Assembly: GCA_034666125.1 (NCBI GenBank)
Contig: JAXDML010000007.1
Span: forward strand, 5,270-69,269
Source: Candidatus Parcubacteria bacterium
GTDB taxonomy: Bacteria > Patescibacteriota > Minisyncoccia > Phycocordibacterales > Phycocordibacteraceae
DNA length: 64,000 bases
Direction: 5' to 3'
Part shown: one piece after another, positions 1-9,645 of the stretch
Numbering within the stretch: the stretch's first letter is position 1
How the letters are laid out: every line of letters starts with the position of its first letter
Notes under the pieces: model-generated
Told to the model about the DNA's origin: nothing
Databases searched by the model: none
What the model saw: only the letters and a program-made list of their open reading frames with translations
Made by a program: the position numbers and the translations under genes

Positions 1-645
1 CTCGTCGCGCGCGGTGTAGATGGCGAGGCGCACGGTCGCGAGGGCGATGATGACCGAGGCGATCGAGAAAAGCACGACGATGGCGAGTCCGGCCCTCTGG
101 GTGGCGTTGATGGCGCTCGTCAGGCGGTCGATGACGGTCTTGTTCTGGTAATAGTTGACGTGGTCGATGATGGAGGCGCCGGAAGACGATACGTTCGCGT
201 CGTTACTGAGGAAATTCACGATGCCTTCGTACTGCGTGGGGTCCGTAGCCTTCACCGCGAGCGAGGCGCCGAGCGGGTTGTCGCCGAGCTGGTCGAGGGC
301 CTCGAGGGTGAGCTCGTCGTCGGCATGCCGCGTGCGGAACTGTGTGATGGCCTCCTCGCGCGAGGTATAGGTGACCTGCGCGACCTGGTCGAGCCGTTCG
401 AGGCGGGATTTGGCACCGAGGATATCGTCTTCCGACGCGTCGGTCGTGAAGTACACGTTCACGTCCACCTTGTCCTCGATGGCGGCGAGCGTATTGGAAA
501 GGATGGCCGAGAGGAAGATAAGCGAGCCGATGATGACGAGCGTCACCGTCATGATGAGCACGGTCGCGAAGGACACGAGGCCGCTGCGCGAGAAGTTGCG
601 CGCGCCGCCGATCAGTATGCGTTTGAAGTTCATCTTGCTGCTCAT
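1..645 (-). CDS. ftsX: Cell division permease FtsX (partial, runs off window start)
   Basis: Manual translation [36 protein letters not shown]; ATG overlaps the ftsE stop (ATGA). Confidence 0.9.
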   Translation of the reverse strand, partial: MSSKMNFKRILIGGARNFSRSGLVSFATVLIMTVTLVIIGSLIFLSAILSNTLAAIEDKVDVNVYFTTDASEDDILGAKSRLERLDQVAQVTYTSREEAITQFRTRHADDELTLEALDQLGDNPLGASLAVKATDPTQYEGIVNFLSNDANVSSSGASIIDHVNYYQNKTVIDRLTSAINATQRAGLAIVVLFSIASVIIALATVRLAIYTARDE

Positions 646-1322
646 AGTACGTAGTGGCCGTGGGCATCGTCGCGCGCGACGCGGCCGCGCTCCATCGTGA
701 TCACGCGCTTCCCCATCGCGTCGACAACACCCTTGTTGTGCGTCGTGATGAGGACGGTCGTACCGAGCTCGTTGATCTTCTTCAGGATCTCGATGATCTC
801 GTACGTGTTCACGGGGTCGAGGTTGCCGGTCGGCTCGTCGGCGACGATGATCTCGGGCTGGTTGATAATCGCGCGGCCGATCGAGACGCGCTGCTGCTCA
901 CCTCCCGACAGCTGGCGCGGATAGTGCCCGCCCTTATCACCCAGACCGACGAGATCGAGGATATAGGGCACGTCGAGCGCGATGTCCTCATCGTCGCGAC
1001 CTGCGGCCTCCATGGCGAAGGCGATGTTCTCGTACGCGGTCTTGTTCGGTATGAGGCGGAAATCCTGGAAGACCATGCCGATCTTCCGGCGGTAGTGGTG
1101 GAGCGAACTCTTCGGAAGCGCGTGCACGTCGGTCGACTCGAAGAACACCTGGCCGTCGCTCGGCTTGTCCTCGGCGAGGAGCATCTTGAGGAGGGTCGTC
1201 TTGCCCGCGCCCGAGTGCCCGACGATGGATACGAATTCCTTGGGGCTGATGGAGAGGGTGACGTCTTCGAGGGCCGGGGTGCCGTCGCGGTACCGCTTGG
1301 TGACCTTGTCGAAATAGATCAT
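642..1322 (-). CDS. ftsE: Cell division ATP-binding protein FtsE
   Basis: [33 protein letters not shown]; directly upstream of ftsX. Confidence 0.93.
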   Translation of the reverse strand: MIYFDKVTKRYRDGTPALEDVTLSISPKEFVSIVGHSGAGKTTLLKMLLAEDKPSDGQVFFESTDVHALPKSSLHHYRRKIGMVFQDFRLIPNKTAYENIAFAMEAAGRDDEDIALDVPYILDLVGLGDKGGHYPRQLSGGEQQRVSIGRAIINQPEIIVADEPTGNLDPVNTYEIIEILKKINELGTTVLITTHNKGVVDAMGKRVITMERGRVARDDAHGHYVL

Positions 1323-1412
1323 GACCGGGCCATTATACCCCGACGCTTCGGTTTCCGTCTAATGAAAACGAGCCCATAAACGCATCGCATACGGATGAGG
1401 TGGGGATAAGGG

Positions 1413-2282
1413 TTAGGCTGACTGTGCGGCTTCGATGAAACCGTCGAGATCGCCTTCGAGGACAGCCTCGGTATCGTGCGATTCGTGGCCGGTTTCGTGG
1501 TCCTTCACCAATTTATACGGATGGAGCACGTACGAGCGCATCTGGCTCCCCCACTCGTTCGCCGTCGAGCCAGCTATGGAACGCCCCTTTGCCTCGGCAT
1601 CGCGCTTGGCCTCCTCCTTAGCGAACAGTTTCGCCTTTATAAGGTCCATAGCCCGGTCGCGGTTCGCCAGCTGGCTCCGTTCGCTCGACACGTGGACCGA
1701 GACGCCCGAGGGCGTGTGCGTGATGCGTACCGCCGTCTCGCGTTTGTTGACGTTCTGGCCGCCCGCTCCTCCGGAGCGCGCGAACGTTATCTCGAGGTCG
1801 TCCGGCTTAAGCTCGACCTCGTCGTTCGATGTAAGCTTCGGCAGGACCTCCACGAGCGCGAAGGACGTCTGGCGCTTATCGTTGGCATTGAAGGGCGAGA
1901 TGCGCACAAGACGGTGCACACCGGCCTCGTGCTTGAGCCTCCCGTACGCGCCCTTCCCCTGGATATCGAGCAACACGTTCCGGTATCCGCCATGATCGTT
2001 CTCGTTCGCGTGAAGCTCGCTGACGTTCCATCCCTTGGCATCCGCATATCCCTCGTACATGCGGCGAAGCATGCGTGCGAAGTCCTCCGCGTCGTCGCCT
2101 CCTGCTCCTGCAAGTATCGCGAGGGTCGCCGGTCCGGCATCATGTCCGTCTCCACTATCGCCCTCCTTGAAGCTCTGGTACTCGCGCACCACGCGCTGCG
2201 CCTCGTCCTTGTCGGCCCAGAAGTCGGGCGACGCCATGAGCGCCTCAATCTCCTGCAAGCGCCTCTGCGCATCCTCGTTCAT
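1413..2282 (-). CDS. prfB: Peptide chain release factor 2, N-terminally shortened
   Basis: SPF motif (HRLVRISPF), GGQ motif, WGSQMRSY; start placed at MNEDAQ, 7 nt below a TACACT box. Confidence 0.9.
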   Translation of the reverse strand: MNEDAQRRLQEIEALMASPDFWADKDEAQRVVREYQSFKEGDSGDGHDAGPATLAILAGAGGDDAEDFARMLRRMYEGYADAKGWNVSELHANENDHGGYRNVLLDIQGKGAYGRLKHEAGVHRLVRISPFNANDKRQTSFALVEVLPKLTSNDEVELKPDDLEITFARSGGAGGQNVNKRETAVRITHTPSGVSVHVSSERSQLANRDRAMDLIKAKLFAKEEAKRDAEAKGRSIAGSTANEWGSQMRSYVLHPYKLVKDHETGHESHDTEAVLEGDLDGFIEAAQSA

Positions 2283-2376
2283 AAAAAGGAGTGTACCTCC
2301 CTTCGGCGGATACTTGTAGTCCGAGGCCGGAAAGGTATAGTGCGTGGGAACCGTACATTCAAGCAGGGAGACGACG

Positions 2377-3102
2377 ATGGATAGCAAGGCGAAAACGGCC
2401 GCCAGGGAGCGCTTCGCGCGGTCAGGGTTCGCCCGGGACCGCGCAGTCACGTTCGACGATATGGCCGATCTGTACCGGAGCAAGAGCTTCGTCGAGCTCG
2501 GTGAGATGTTCGGCGTGACGAAACAGGCGATGCAGCGGCGCTTTAAGACCTACTTCGAGCCGGTACTCGGCCCCGCGAGCGGTCTAATCAAGGAGCGCCA
2601 CAAGCACGATAGCCGGCTCAAGCGCGAGGCCGCACTCAAGGAGAAGCTCGACGCCAGGCTCGCCGACCCGGTCTTCCTCTTCCTGAAGGAGGAGGCCAGA
2701 AAGCGCGGCAAGAAGATCAGGCCGCTGGTCGATTGCAAAGACGCGGGCATCCTTCCCGGGAGGCATCCTGTCTTCTATGTGGAAGGGCGCTACATGCGCC
2801 TACATCGGATTCGGCGCATCCACTGCCCCGCTGTGGGGCAGCAGCGGTATGCCTCGTTCCGGGTGCATCTCAGCATGCTCGATCGGGTGCATGTATACGG
2901 CATGCTCATAGACGTGCCCGGCTTCCCGCGCCGACTCATTCTCGCGCGGACGGCGGTCATCAAGGGAATGATCAAGCGGGGCAACGGGAAGCATTGGAAC
3001 TTCTACATCCCGCTGCGCGACGACCGCCCTTCCGTGCCCGCGCCTTCCCAGCGCACGGACATCCGCAAGTTCGTGGACGCCTGGTGGACCTTCGACGTCT
3101 GA
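2377..3102 (+). CDS. Hypothetical basic protein with N-terminal HTH
   Basis: GGGAG ribosome-binding site before ATG 2377; [20 protein letters not shown] resembles a helix-turn-helix. Confidence 0.6.
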   Translation: MDSKAKTAARERFARSGFARDRAVTFDDMADLYRSKSFVELGEMFGVTKQAMQRRFKTYFEPVLGPASGLIKERHKHDSRLKREAALKEKLDARLADPVFLFLKEEARKRGKKIRPLVDCKDAGILPGRHPVFYVEGRYMRLHRIRRIHCPAVGQQRYASFRVHLSMLDRVHVYGMLIDVPGFPRRLILARTAVIKGMIKRGNGKHWNFYIPLRDDRPSVPAPSQRTDIRKFVDAWWTFDV

Positions 3103-3127
3103 CCTTTCACCACCATTCACTGAAATG

Positions 3128-3164
3128 GGATAGCCCGCGACGACGTCGCGGGCTAATCCTTTTT
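3128..3164. terminator. Intrinsic terminator between the HTH gene and tRNA-Thr
   Basis: TAGCCCGCGAC/GTCGCGGGCTA stem followed by a T-run. Confidence 0.7.
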
Positions 3165-3165
3165 G

Positions 3166-3241
3166 TGGAGCCACCGGCCGGGATTGAACCGGCGACCTTT
3201 TCGTTACGAGTGAAATGCTCTACCAACTGAGCTACGGTGGC
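3166..3241 (-). tRNA. tRNA-Thr(CGT)
   Basis: Cloverleaf GCCACCG..CGGTGGC, anticodon loop CTCGTAA, CCA encoded. Confidence 0.95.
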
Positions 3242-3258
3242 AACGCTTCAAAAGAAGC

Positions 3259-3334
3259 TGGAGCCGATGTCCGGGATTGAACCGGAGACCTCGTCCTTAC
3301 CATGGACGCGCTCTACCAACTGAGCTACATCGGC
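3259..3334 (-). tRNA. tRNA-Thr(GGT)
   Basis: Cloverleaf GCCGATG..CATCGGC, anticodon loop ATGGTAA, CCA encoded. Confidence 0.95.
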
Positions 3335-3388
3335 ATTCTTACTCGAGCACTCCGCTATCCTACCCAATTCTGCGTATTCTTTCAATTC

Positions 3389-3925
3389 TTAAGAGAAATG
3401 GAGTACAAGAAGAGCGAGTGCGATCACGAAGATTCCGTACTCGATAAATGCGAGCGGGTTCGGACGGAAGTAGTAACGTTTCACCCAACCCGTATCTTGT
3501 TGCTTCTGCATAAGGGATGGCTCGTTCTCGGGCATCCACGTCGCGAGCATTCCCTTCTGGCCCGGCGCTCCCTTCCAAGGGAAGATGAGGAACTTGCGAC
3601 CGGTTACAGGCCAAAGCCAGGCGATCCCCCACCCGAGGCCGAAGGTATCGTGTATGAGGTGCGCATATACGCCGAGCGTGAAGATCGTAGCATAGAGCGG
3701 ATCGAAGAATATATAGGCAAGGATGGCAAGAGGGAGATAGAGGATCGGGTAGTGTGTATGGGTCCGGTGGTACCATTTTCCAAGAAGCGGGAATGTGATG
3801 ACGTCGATATCCGGAAGCAGTGCGCACACGATGCCGAATGCTATGAGGAACGGCGTTACTTCGGCGCCAAAGTATTCCGCGACTCCGAGTGAGAGCAATA
3901 TTCCGACGCCGATATCAAGAGGCAT
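3389..3925 (-). CDS. Membrane-bound metal-dependent hydrolase (YdjM-like)
   Basis: LLPDID, HRTHTH, HLIHD and WLWP motifs between hydrophobic helices. Confidence 0.8.
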   Translation of the reverse strand: MPLDIGVGILLSLGVAEYFGAEVTPFLIAFGIVCALLPDIDVITFPLLGKWYHRTHTHYPILYLPLAILAYIFFDPLYATIFTLGVYAHLIHDTFGLGWGIAWLWPVTGRKFLIFPWKGAPGQKGMLATWMPENEPSLMQKQQDTGWVKRYYFRPNPLAFIEYGIFVIALALLVLHFS

Positions 3926-3927
3926 AG

Positions 3928-5163
3928 TTATTCGTACCGCAACGCCTCGATCGGGCTCTTCTTCGCCGCCTGCATCGCCGGGTAGATGCCGAAGACCAGG
4001 CCGACAGCTGCCGACACGAGGAAGCCGATGACCGCAGCGCTTACGGGGAAGACGAACCGCCAGTTCTCGGCGACCGTATACGCGAGGCCGAGCGAGATGA
4101 GGTACGAGAGGATGGTGCCGATGATGATGCCGATGACGCCGCCTGCGGCCGTCAGGGTCACGGCCTCGAGCAGGAACTGGCGGAGAATATCCCCGCGCGT
4201 GGCACCGAGCGCTTTCCGGAGCCCGATCTCCTTCGTGCGCTCCGTCACCGACACGAGCATGATGTTCATGATGCCGATGCCTCCCACCACGAGCGAGATG
4301 GCGACCACGGCGGTCAGGAAGGCGGTGAGGATCCCGACTATGAGCGTCACTTGTTCGACGAGGCCCGCCTGGGTCTGCACGTTGAAATCGTCCTCCTCGC
4401 CGGGATCGATGTTATGCGTATCGCGGAGCGTGGCTTCCACGTCGAAGACCATGCGGTCGACCGACTCGGTCGTCTTGGCGCGCAGGAGTATGGCATCGAA
4501 GAAGTCCGTGCCGCGCAGATAGGTAGCGGCGGACGAGTATGGGACGAGCACTGTCTCATCCACATTGAAGAAGCCGAGGCTGCCCTTCTTCGGGAAGACG
4601 CCGATAACCCGGAACTTCTGGTCGTCTATGGAAATGCTCTTGCCGAGCGCGTCGCCTCCTTCACCGAAGAGTTCGTCCTCGACCATGACGCCGATCATGG
4701 CGACGCGCGCACGCGCATCGACCTCCTCTTCCGTAAAGGCGTTGCCGCGCTCGGGATAGAGGTCGTACGCGCTGATGAAATAGTCGGCGGTCCCGCCCAT
4801 GATGGTCGCGCCGTACCGTTCGTCCTCGTACACGACCTCGCCCGTGACGTACACCTGGGGCGCCGCCTCCGCGAGGTCCGGCACGTTCGACACGCGCGTG
4901 ATCGCCTCGAGATCCCGCTCGGTGAGCGAGTCCGGAAGCATGCCCTGGAAGTTGTCCTCCTCGGTACCCGGCTGGATGATGGCCGTCTCGGCGCCGAGCG
5001 CGGAGACCATGTCGAGGATGAGGGCGCGCGCGCCCTGGCCGAGCGACATGACCAGGATGATCGACGCCACGCCGATCATGATGCCGAGCGTCGTGAGCAG
5101 CGACCGCGACTTATGGTCGGTGAGTCCTTGCAGGGCTGTACGCGTGGTGTGTTTCAGATTCAT
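3928..5163 (-). CDS. MacB-type ABC transporter permease
   Basis: RSLLTTLGIMIGV, GGIGIMNIMLVSVTERTKEIGLRKALGA, PIEALRYE; start at MNLKH. Confidence 0.92.
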   Translation of the reverse strand: MNLKHTTRTALQGLTDHKSRSLLTTLGIMIGVASIILVMSLGQGARALILDMVSALGAETAIIQPGTEEDNFQGMLPDSLTERDLEAITRVSNVPDLAEAAPQVYVTGEVVYEDERYGATIMGGTADYFISAYDLYPERGNAFTEEEVDARARVAMIGVMVEDELFGEGGDALGKSISIDDQKFRVIGVFPKKGSLGFFNVDETVLVPYSSAATYLRGTDFFDAILLRAKTTESVDRMVFDVEATLRDTHNIDPGEEDDFNVQTQAGLVEQVTLIVGILTAFLTAVVAISLVVGGIGIMNIMLVSVTERTKEIGLRKALGATRGDILRQFLLEAVTLTAAGGVIGIIIGTILSYLISLGLAYTVAENWRFVFPVSAAVIGFLVSAAVGLVFGIYPAMQAAKKSPIEALRYE

Positions 5164-5164
5164 A

Positions 5165-5884
5165 TCACTTTTTGAAAGCATCCGTCGCAAGCCGGCGGTT
5201 CGCGACCTTCGTGTCGCTCTCCAGCTTGCCGTCCCGTATGAAAAGGATGCGTTCCGCATGCTCGGCGGTCGCGGTCTCGTGCGTGATGAGCACGATCGTG
5301 TGCCCGAACTCGTCGTGAAGGCGCTGCAGGGTCTCCATGACCGCCTGCCCGGACTTCGAGTCGAGATTCCCGGTCGGCTCGTCGGCGAAGATCACATCCG
5401 GCTCGACCACGAGCGCGCGGGCGATAGCGACGCGCTGCTTCTCGCCTCCCGAGAGCTTGTACGTCTCGAAGTTCGTCCGGTGCGAGAGTCCCACGAGCTC
5501 GATGACGCGCTCTATGCGCGGCCGCCAGTCGGATTCCGGAACGATCGAGTACATCAAAGGGAGCGCGACGTTCTCGTATACGCTCGCCTTCGGCAGCAGG
5601 TTGAAGGCCTGGAAGACGAAGCCCATCTCTTGGTTCCTCACCCGCGCGATCTCGTCCTCATCGTGATCCTGGTACCGTCTATCGTTGAAGCGGTACTCCC
5701 CTCCGGTCGATTCGTCGAGGAAGCCGAGGATATGGAGGAGCGTGGACTTTCCGGAGCCGGACGGCCCCATAATGGAGACGAACTCCCCGCGCTCGATCGT
5801 GAACGAGAGTCCGTGCAGCACCTGCGTGCCCCCGTCAGCGCCCGGATACGTCTTCTCAAGGTCGCGGACGTCGAAGAGCGCCAT
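5165..5884 (-). CDS. ABC transporter ATP-binding protein (LolD/MacB type)
   Basis: [26 protein letters not shown]. Confidence 0.92.
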   Translation of the reverse strand: MALFDVRDLEKTYPGADGGTQVLHGLSFTIERGEFVSIMGPSGSGKSTLLHILGFLDESTGGEYRFNDRRYQDHDEDEIARVRNQEMGFVFQAFNLLPKASVYENVALPLMYSIVPESDWRPRIERVIELVGLSHRTNFETYKLSGGEKQRVAIARALVVEPDVIFADEPTGNLDSKSGQAVMETLQRLHDEFGHTIVLITHETATAEHAERILFIRDGKLESDTKVANRRLATDAFKK

Positions 5885-5886
5885 AT

Positions 5887-7395
5887 CTATTCTTCCTCGG
5901 TAAGGCCCGCGAGGGCCTCCTCGTTCGCGAAGGTGATGATGCGGTCGCCCTCGGCCAATCCCTCGCGCACCTCGATCATGCCGCTCCCCGAAAGGCCGGT
6001 GGCGACCGGAACCTTCCGGTATGCGGTTTCGGAAATCATGACGCGTACGTAGCGGACCCCGTTCTCTTCGATGACCGAACGGGTCGGTATCGCGATGACG
6101 CCGGTCGCCTCGGCCGCGCGGATATCCGCATCGACCGAAAGTCCCGCGCGTATGCGCTCGTCAGGAGCCGTGAACTGGAGCGTCACCTCGAAGGACGCCG
6201 CTCCGGATTCGTTCGTCGCCGAGGGAGGGATGAAGGACACGCGGGCTTCCATGTGCGCGCCGTCGTACGCGTCGAAAGTGACATCGGTCATATCGCCCAC
6301 GTTCACGTCCCCGATATCGTCCTCGAGTACCGATAGCTTGATCTCGAAGGCTTCCGCCGAGATGAGCGAAGCGGCCGGGGTGCCGATGCTTGCGATGTCG
6401 CCGCGTACCGCGTCCACTTTCGTGATGGTCCCAGTGAAAGGCGCCACGAGCCGCGTGTCGGCGAAGGCGGACTCGGCCGAAAGCACCGCCGCACGCGCTT
6501 CCTCGACCTGCGCGTTCAGGAGCGGCGAGCGTTCCGTCTCCTCAAGCGCGAGCCGGCGGTTCTCTACCGCGGCGTCATAGGCGTTCTTGCGCGACTGGTA
6601 CGTGCCCGAACGCACGTTCGGAACGGGTATTTCCCATACGACCGACCTGCTCTTCGCGAAGTCCGTGGGGAATTGCACGTAGAGGCCGCACGTGCCGAGC
6701 GGTACGGGTCCCACCGTCGATACGGTCTGCGGACCGGTCGTCTCAAGGCCGCTTAGGCGGAAGGAACCTCCCGATCGTGCTTTTGAAGGATAGAGTTCGA
6801 TGCGATACGTGCCTTCGCGGGAACAACGGTACGTGCCGGAGACGATGGGCGCCGAGAAATCACTGGAAGTTCCCTCCGCACCTCCTTCAATAAGGTATGC
6901 CGCAAGGTCGCCGGACCTGAGTTCGCGTTCCGCATTCTCGACCAGCTGGTCCTGCTGCGCCTCGGTCTGCGCGCGCGTCCGGGTTCCGCTTCCCGCGGTC
7001 GCTTCCGCCTGCTTGAGACGCGCGCGCGCCGAGAGGAGGTCGGCATACTGACGCGTACTTTCAAGGGTGGCGATCAATTGTCCTGCGCGGATCTCCTGCC
7101 CTTCGGTGACGTATACCCGACTGATGCGGCCGGTGCCGGTGAAGGAGAGGTCCACCTCTTCGGCCGGCGTGATGGTGCCGGTCTCGCTCACGAGCTTCAC
7201 GATGTCCTGGCGCGCGACGACGGCCGTCTCGAATGCGGGCTCCGCAGGCTTCGCGAAGGCGGCATAGCCGATGACGACGAGGAGCACGAGCCCGAGCGGT
7301 ATATACACGAGCTTTCGCTTCAGGAACGGAAAGCGGCCGGTGATGCGGGAGACGAGGCCTTTGAGCCATGCCCACGCTTTGGAGAGATAGGTCAT
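5887..7395 (-). CDS. Efflux membrane fusion protein (MacA/HlyD-like)
   Basis: N-terminal TM helix, lipoyl-like halves (GRISRVYVTEGQ; LVAPFTGTIT), GLAEGD; operon with the ABC genes. Confidence 0.85.
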   Translation of the reverse strand: MTYLSKAWAWLKGLVSRITGRFPFLKRKLVYIPLGLVLLVVIGYAAFAKPAEPAFETAVVARQDIVKLVSETGTITPAEEVDLSFTGTGRISRVYVTEGQEIRAGQLIATLESTRQYADLLSARARLKQAEATAGSGTRTRAQTEAQQDQLVENAERELRSGDLAAYLIEGGAEGTSSDFSAPIVSGTYRCSREGTYRIELYPSKARSGGSFRLSGLETTGPQTVSTVGPVPLGTCGLYVQFPTDFAKSRSVVWEIPVPNVRSGTYQSRKNAYDAAVENRRLALEETERSPLLNAQVEEARAAVLSAESAFADTRLVAPFTGTITKVDAVRGDIASIGTPAASLISAEAFEIKLSVLEDDIGDVNVGDMTDVTFDAYDGAHMEARVSFIPPSATNESGAASFEVTLQFTAPDERIRAGLSVDADIRAAEATGVIAIPTRSVIEENGVRYVRVMISETAYRKVPVATGLSGSGMIEVREGLAEGDRIITFANEEALAGLTEEE

Positions 7396-7438
7396 GAGTG
7401 AGTACAGAATATAATAGTGCTAGTAAAGAGTCTACGAG

Positions 7439-8923
7439 CTACGCAGCGAGATCGAGCGTCTGGTCGATGCGTATCTGTTGTACGAAGTCCGGCACGTGGC
7501 TGACGAGTATCATCGCGCCCTTGTACTGGTCGAGCGCCTTCGCGATGACCGGCAGGTGCCTGAAGTTTATGTGGTTGGTCGGCTCGTCGAGAATGAGGAG
7601 TCCGGGCTTCTCAAGCACGAGGCGAGCGAATGCTACGAGTCCCTTCTGCCCCTCCGAGAGGCTCCCGACCTTCACGTTCATCAGGTCGCCGGTGATGAGG
7701 AATCCTGCCGCTATCGAGCGCATATCCTGCTCTATCGGCTCCTGCATGGCGGACATGAGGGTCTTATGCACGGTCTTCTCGAAGTCGAGGTGCGAGAAAT
7801 CCTGACGATAGTAGCCGATGCGGACGTCGGTGGTGATCTCAACCCCCTTGGCGGTGCCATTCGCGAGCGTCGCCAGGAGGCGGCTCTTCCCGATGCCGTT
7901 AGGTCCTACTAAATGCAAGTGTTCGTTGCGGTGAAGCGTCAGGTTCGCTTTCTTCGTTGTCGCCTTATGCTTCACCGTCGCCTCGAACGAGGTCAGACGC
8001 ATGACGACGAGCGACAACGCGTCCTGTACGGGTATGGTGAAGGGCCGGATGGTCTTGTCCTCCTTACGCACGTCCACCTTCTCCTCCTCGAGTTCCTCCG
8101 CCTTCTCGCGCATACGACGCGCGACGAGGCGCATCCCGCCGCCCTTGTTCGCGAAGAAGTTCGCCTTATCCTTGTTCTCCTGGATCTCCTTGGCAAGCTG
8201 GGTGTTCTTGCGGTTCTCCTTCTCGATGCGTGCGGTGATATCCTTCATCACATCGAAGTAGTTGCCCTGGTACTGCTCGATGAGGTGCGTGCGCACGTCG
8301 AGGTACAGGACGCCGTGCGTGAAGGCGTTCAAGAACTCTGCATCGTGAGAGATCACGATGCACGTCTTCTTATAGTTGATGAGGAAGTCGGTCAGGTGCT
8401 CGATACCGGCCGTGTCCAGATTATTCGTCGGCTCGTCGAGCAGCAGGATGTCCGGATCCTGAATGAGCGCGGACGCAAGGAGGAGACGTGCTTGCTGGCC
8501 GCCCGAGAATGACCGGATGATGCGATCGTGGGATGCATGAAGGTTCACCACCTCGAGTACCGTGTCTATCTTCGGGTCGATGTCGTACACCTTCTCCGGA
8601 AAGCGCGCCTCGAAGAATGCACGGACGGTAAGATCCATCTCTTCGCGCGGTATTACCTGCCTGGCGATAGCAACGGTGTCGCGCGGCATGCGCACGAGCT
8701 TTCCGCTCTCGGGCTCGTACTCTCCGGTGATGAGCCCGAAGAGCGTGCTCTTTCCTGCGCCGTTCTGGCCCATGAGCGCGAGCTTCGCGCCCCGGCGCAC
8801 GACGAAGTTCGCATTGATAAGGATGGGTGCATTGTGGGTATAGCCGAAATGCACCTCCTCGAAACGGAGGGCGGCATTGCCTGGAGTCGGCTGCTTTTTG
8901 GGTTCTTTTGTCGTTTTTGCCAT
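7439..8923 (-). CDS. ABC-F family ribosome-associated ATPase
   Basis: Two ABC cassettes (GQNGAGKST/FSGGQ/LLLDEPTNNLD and GPNGIGKS/LSEGQ/DEPTNH), no TM domain. Confidence 0.9.
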   Translation of the reverse strand: MAKTTKEPKKQPTPGNAALRFEEVHFGYTHNAPILINANFVVRRGAKLALMGQNGAGKSTLFGLITGEYEPESGKLVRMPRDTVAIARQVIPREEMDLTVRAFFEARFPEKVYDIDPKIDTVLEVVNLHASHDRIIRSFSGGQQARLLLASALIQDPDILLLDEPTNNLDTAGIEHLTDFLINYKKTCIVISHDAEFLNAFTHGVLYLDVRTHLIEQYQGNYFDVMKDITARIEKENRKNTQLAKEIQENKDKANFFANKGGGMRLVARRMREKAEELEEEKVDVRKEDKTIRPFTIPVQDALSLVVMRLTSFEATVKHKATTKKANLTLHRNEHLHLVGPNGIGKSRLLATLANGTAKGVEITTDVRIGYYRQDFSHLDFEKTVHKTLMSAMQEPIEQDMRSIAAGFLITGDLMNVKVGSLSEGQKGLVAFARLVLEKPGLLILDEPTNHINFRHLPVIAKALDQYKGAMILVSHVPDFVQQIRIDQTLDLAA

Positions 8924-8948
8924 GTTTGTCAGCTTTGGCATGGGACTG

Positions 8949-8973
8949 AAAAATAAAAGCCACCGGGGGTGGC
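8949..8973 (-). terminator. Terminator-like hairpin just upstream of the ABC-F start
   Basis: GCCACC-CCC-GGTGGC-TTTTATTTTT on the minus strand. Confidence 0.55.
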
Positions 8974-9075
8974 AGGGCGTACCTACGCTGCGTTATGGAA
9001 AGAGTATAGCAGAAAAGGGTGGGATCGCCTAACTAGGCGGCCTTTGGACTCGCGCGCTCGTAGACGCTAGTGAAA

Positions 9076-9645
9076 CTAAGATGCCAGGTCAGCGAATACC
9101 ACCAGCCTCTCCTCCGTGCTCCGTAGTACGGAGTCCCATGTGCCGACGCAGGTAATGAGGTTCAGGTGGGTGCCGCTAGCGGAAGTGAACACTTCGGGTG
9201 CTATGCTGCCCTTTTCGTAGACGCGCGTCTCGTGTACGACGAAGGGAAGTTCGTTTCCTTGAGGATCAACTACTAGAATAACGTCTCCCTTACGTAGCCG
9301 ATCCAAGTCGTCGAATACCGCAGGTTCTCCGTTCTTCCACCCGCGGTGTCCCGCGATGACCGCGCTTCCCTCCTGTCCGGGGTAGGGTCCGGGCGAGTAC
9401 CAGCCCACGTTTTGAGGACCGTCCGGCGTATCCATGGCGCCGGCGGGAGTTAGCGCTACCCGTTCGATCGCAGCATCCACTCCAAGGCTCGGTATCTTTA
9501 GCCTCTCTACCGAGTCGACTGCCGGCGTTCGGGGAATAAGCAGCGCCTCAAGCCTTTCTCCTTGAGGGGAAAGTAGTACCACAAGTACGACAGCCACGAG
9601 CGCAGCCGCGCCAAGGGCAGCCTGCTTATCGTATTTAAACCGCAT
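9076..9645 (-). CDS. Class F sortase
   Basis: RLKIPSLGVDA, VGWY, GSAVIAGH, LNLITC and ERLVV give the His/Cys/Arg triad. Confidence 0.9.
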   Translation of the reverse strand: MRFKYDKQAALGAAALVAVVLVVLLSPQGERLEALLIPRTPAVDSVERLKIPSLGVDAAIERVALTPAGAMDTPDGPQNVGWYSPGPYPGQEGSAVIAGHRGWKNGEPAVFDDLDRLRKGDVILVVDPQGNELPFVVHETRVYEKGSIAPEVFTSASGTHLNLITCVGTWDSVLRSTEERLVVFADLAS

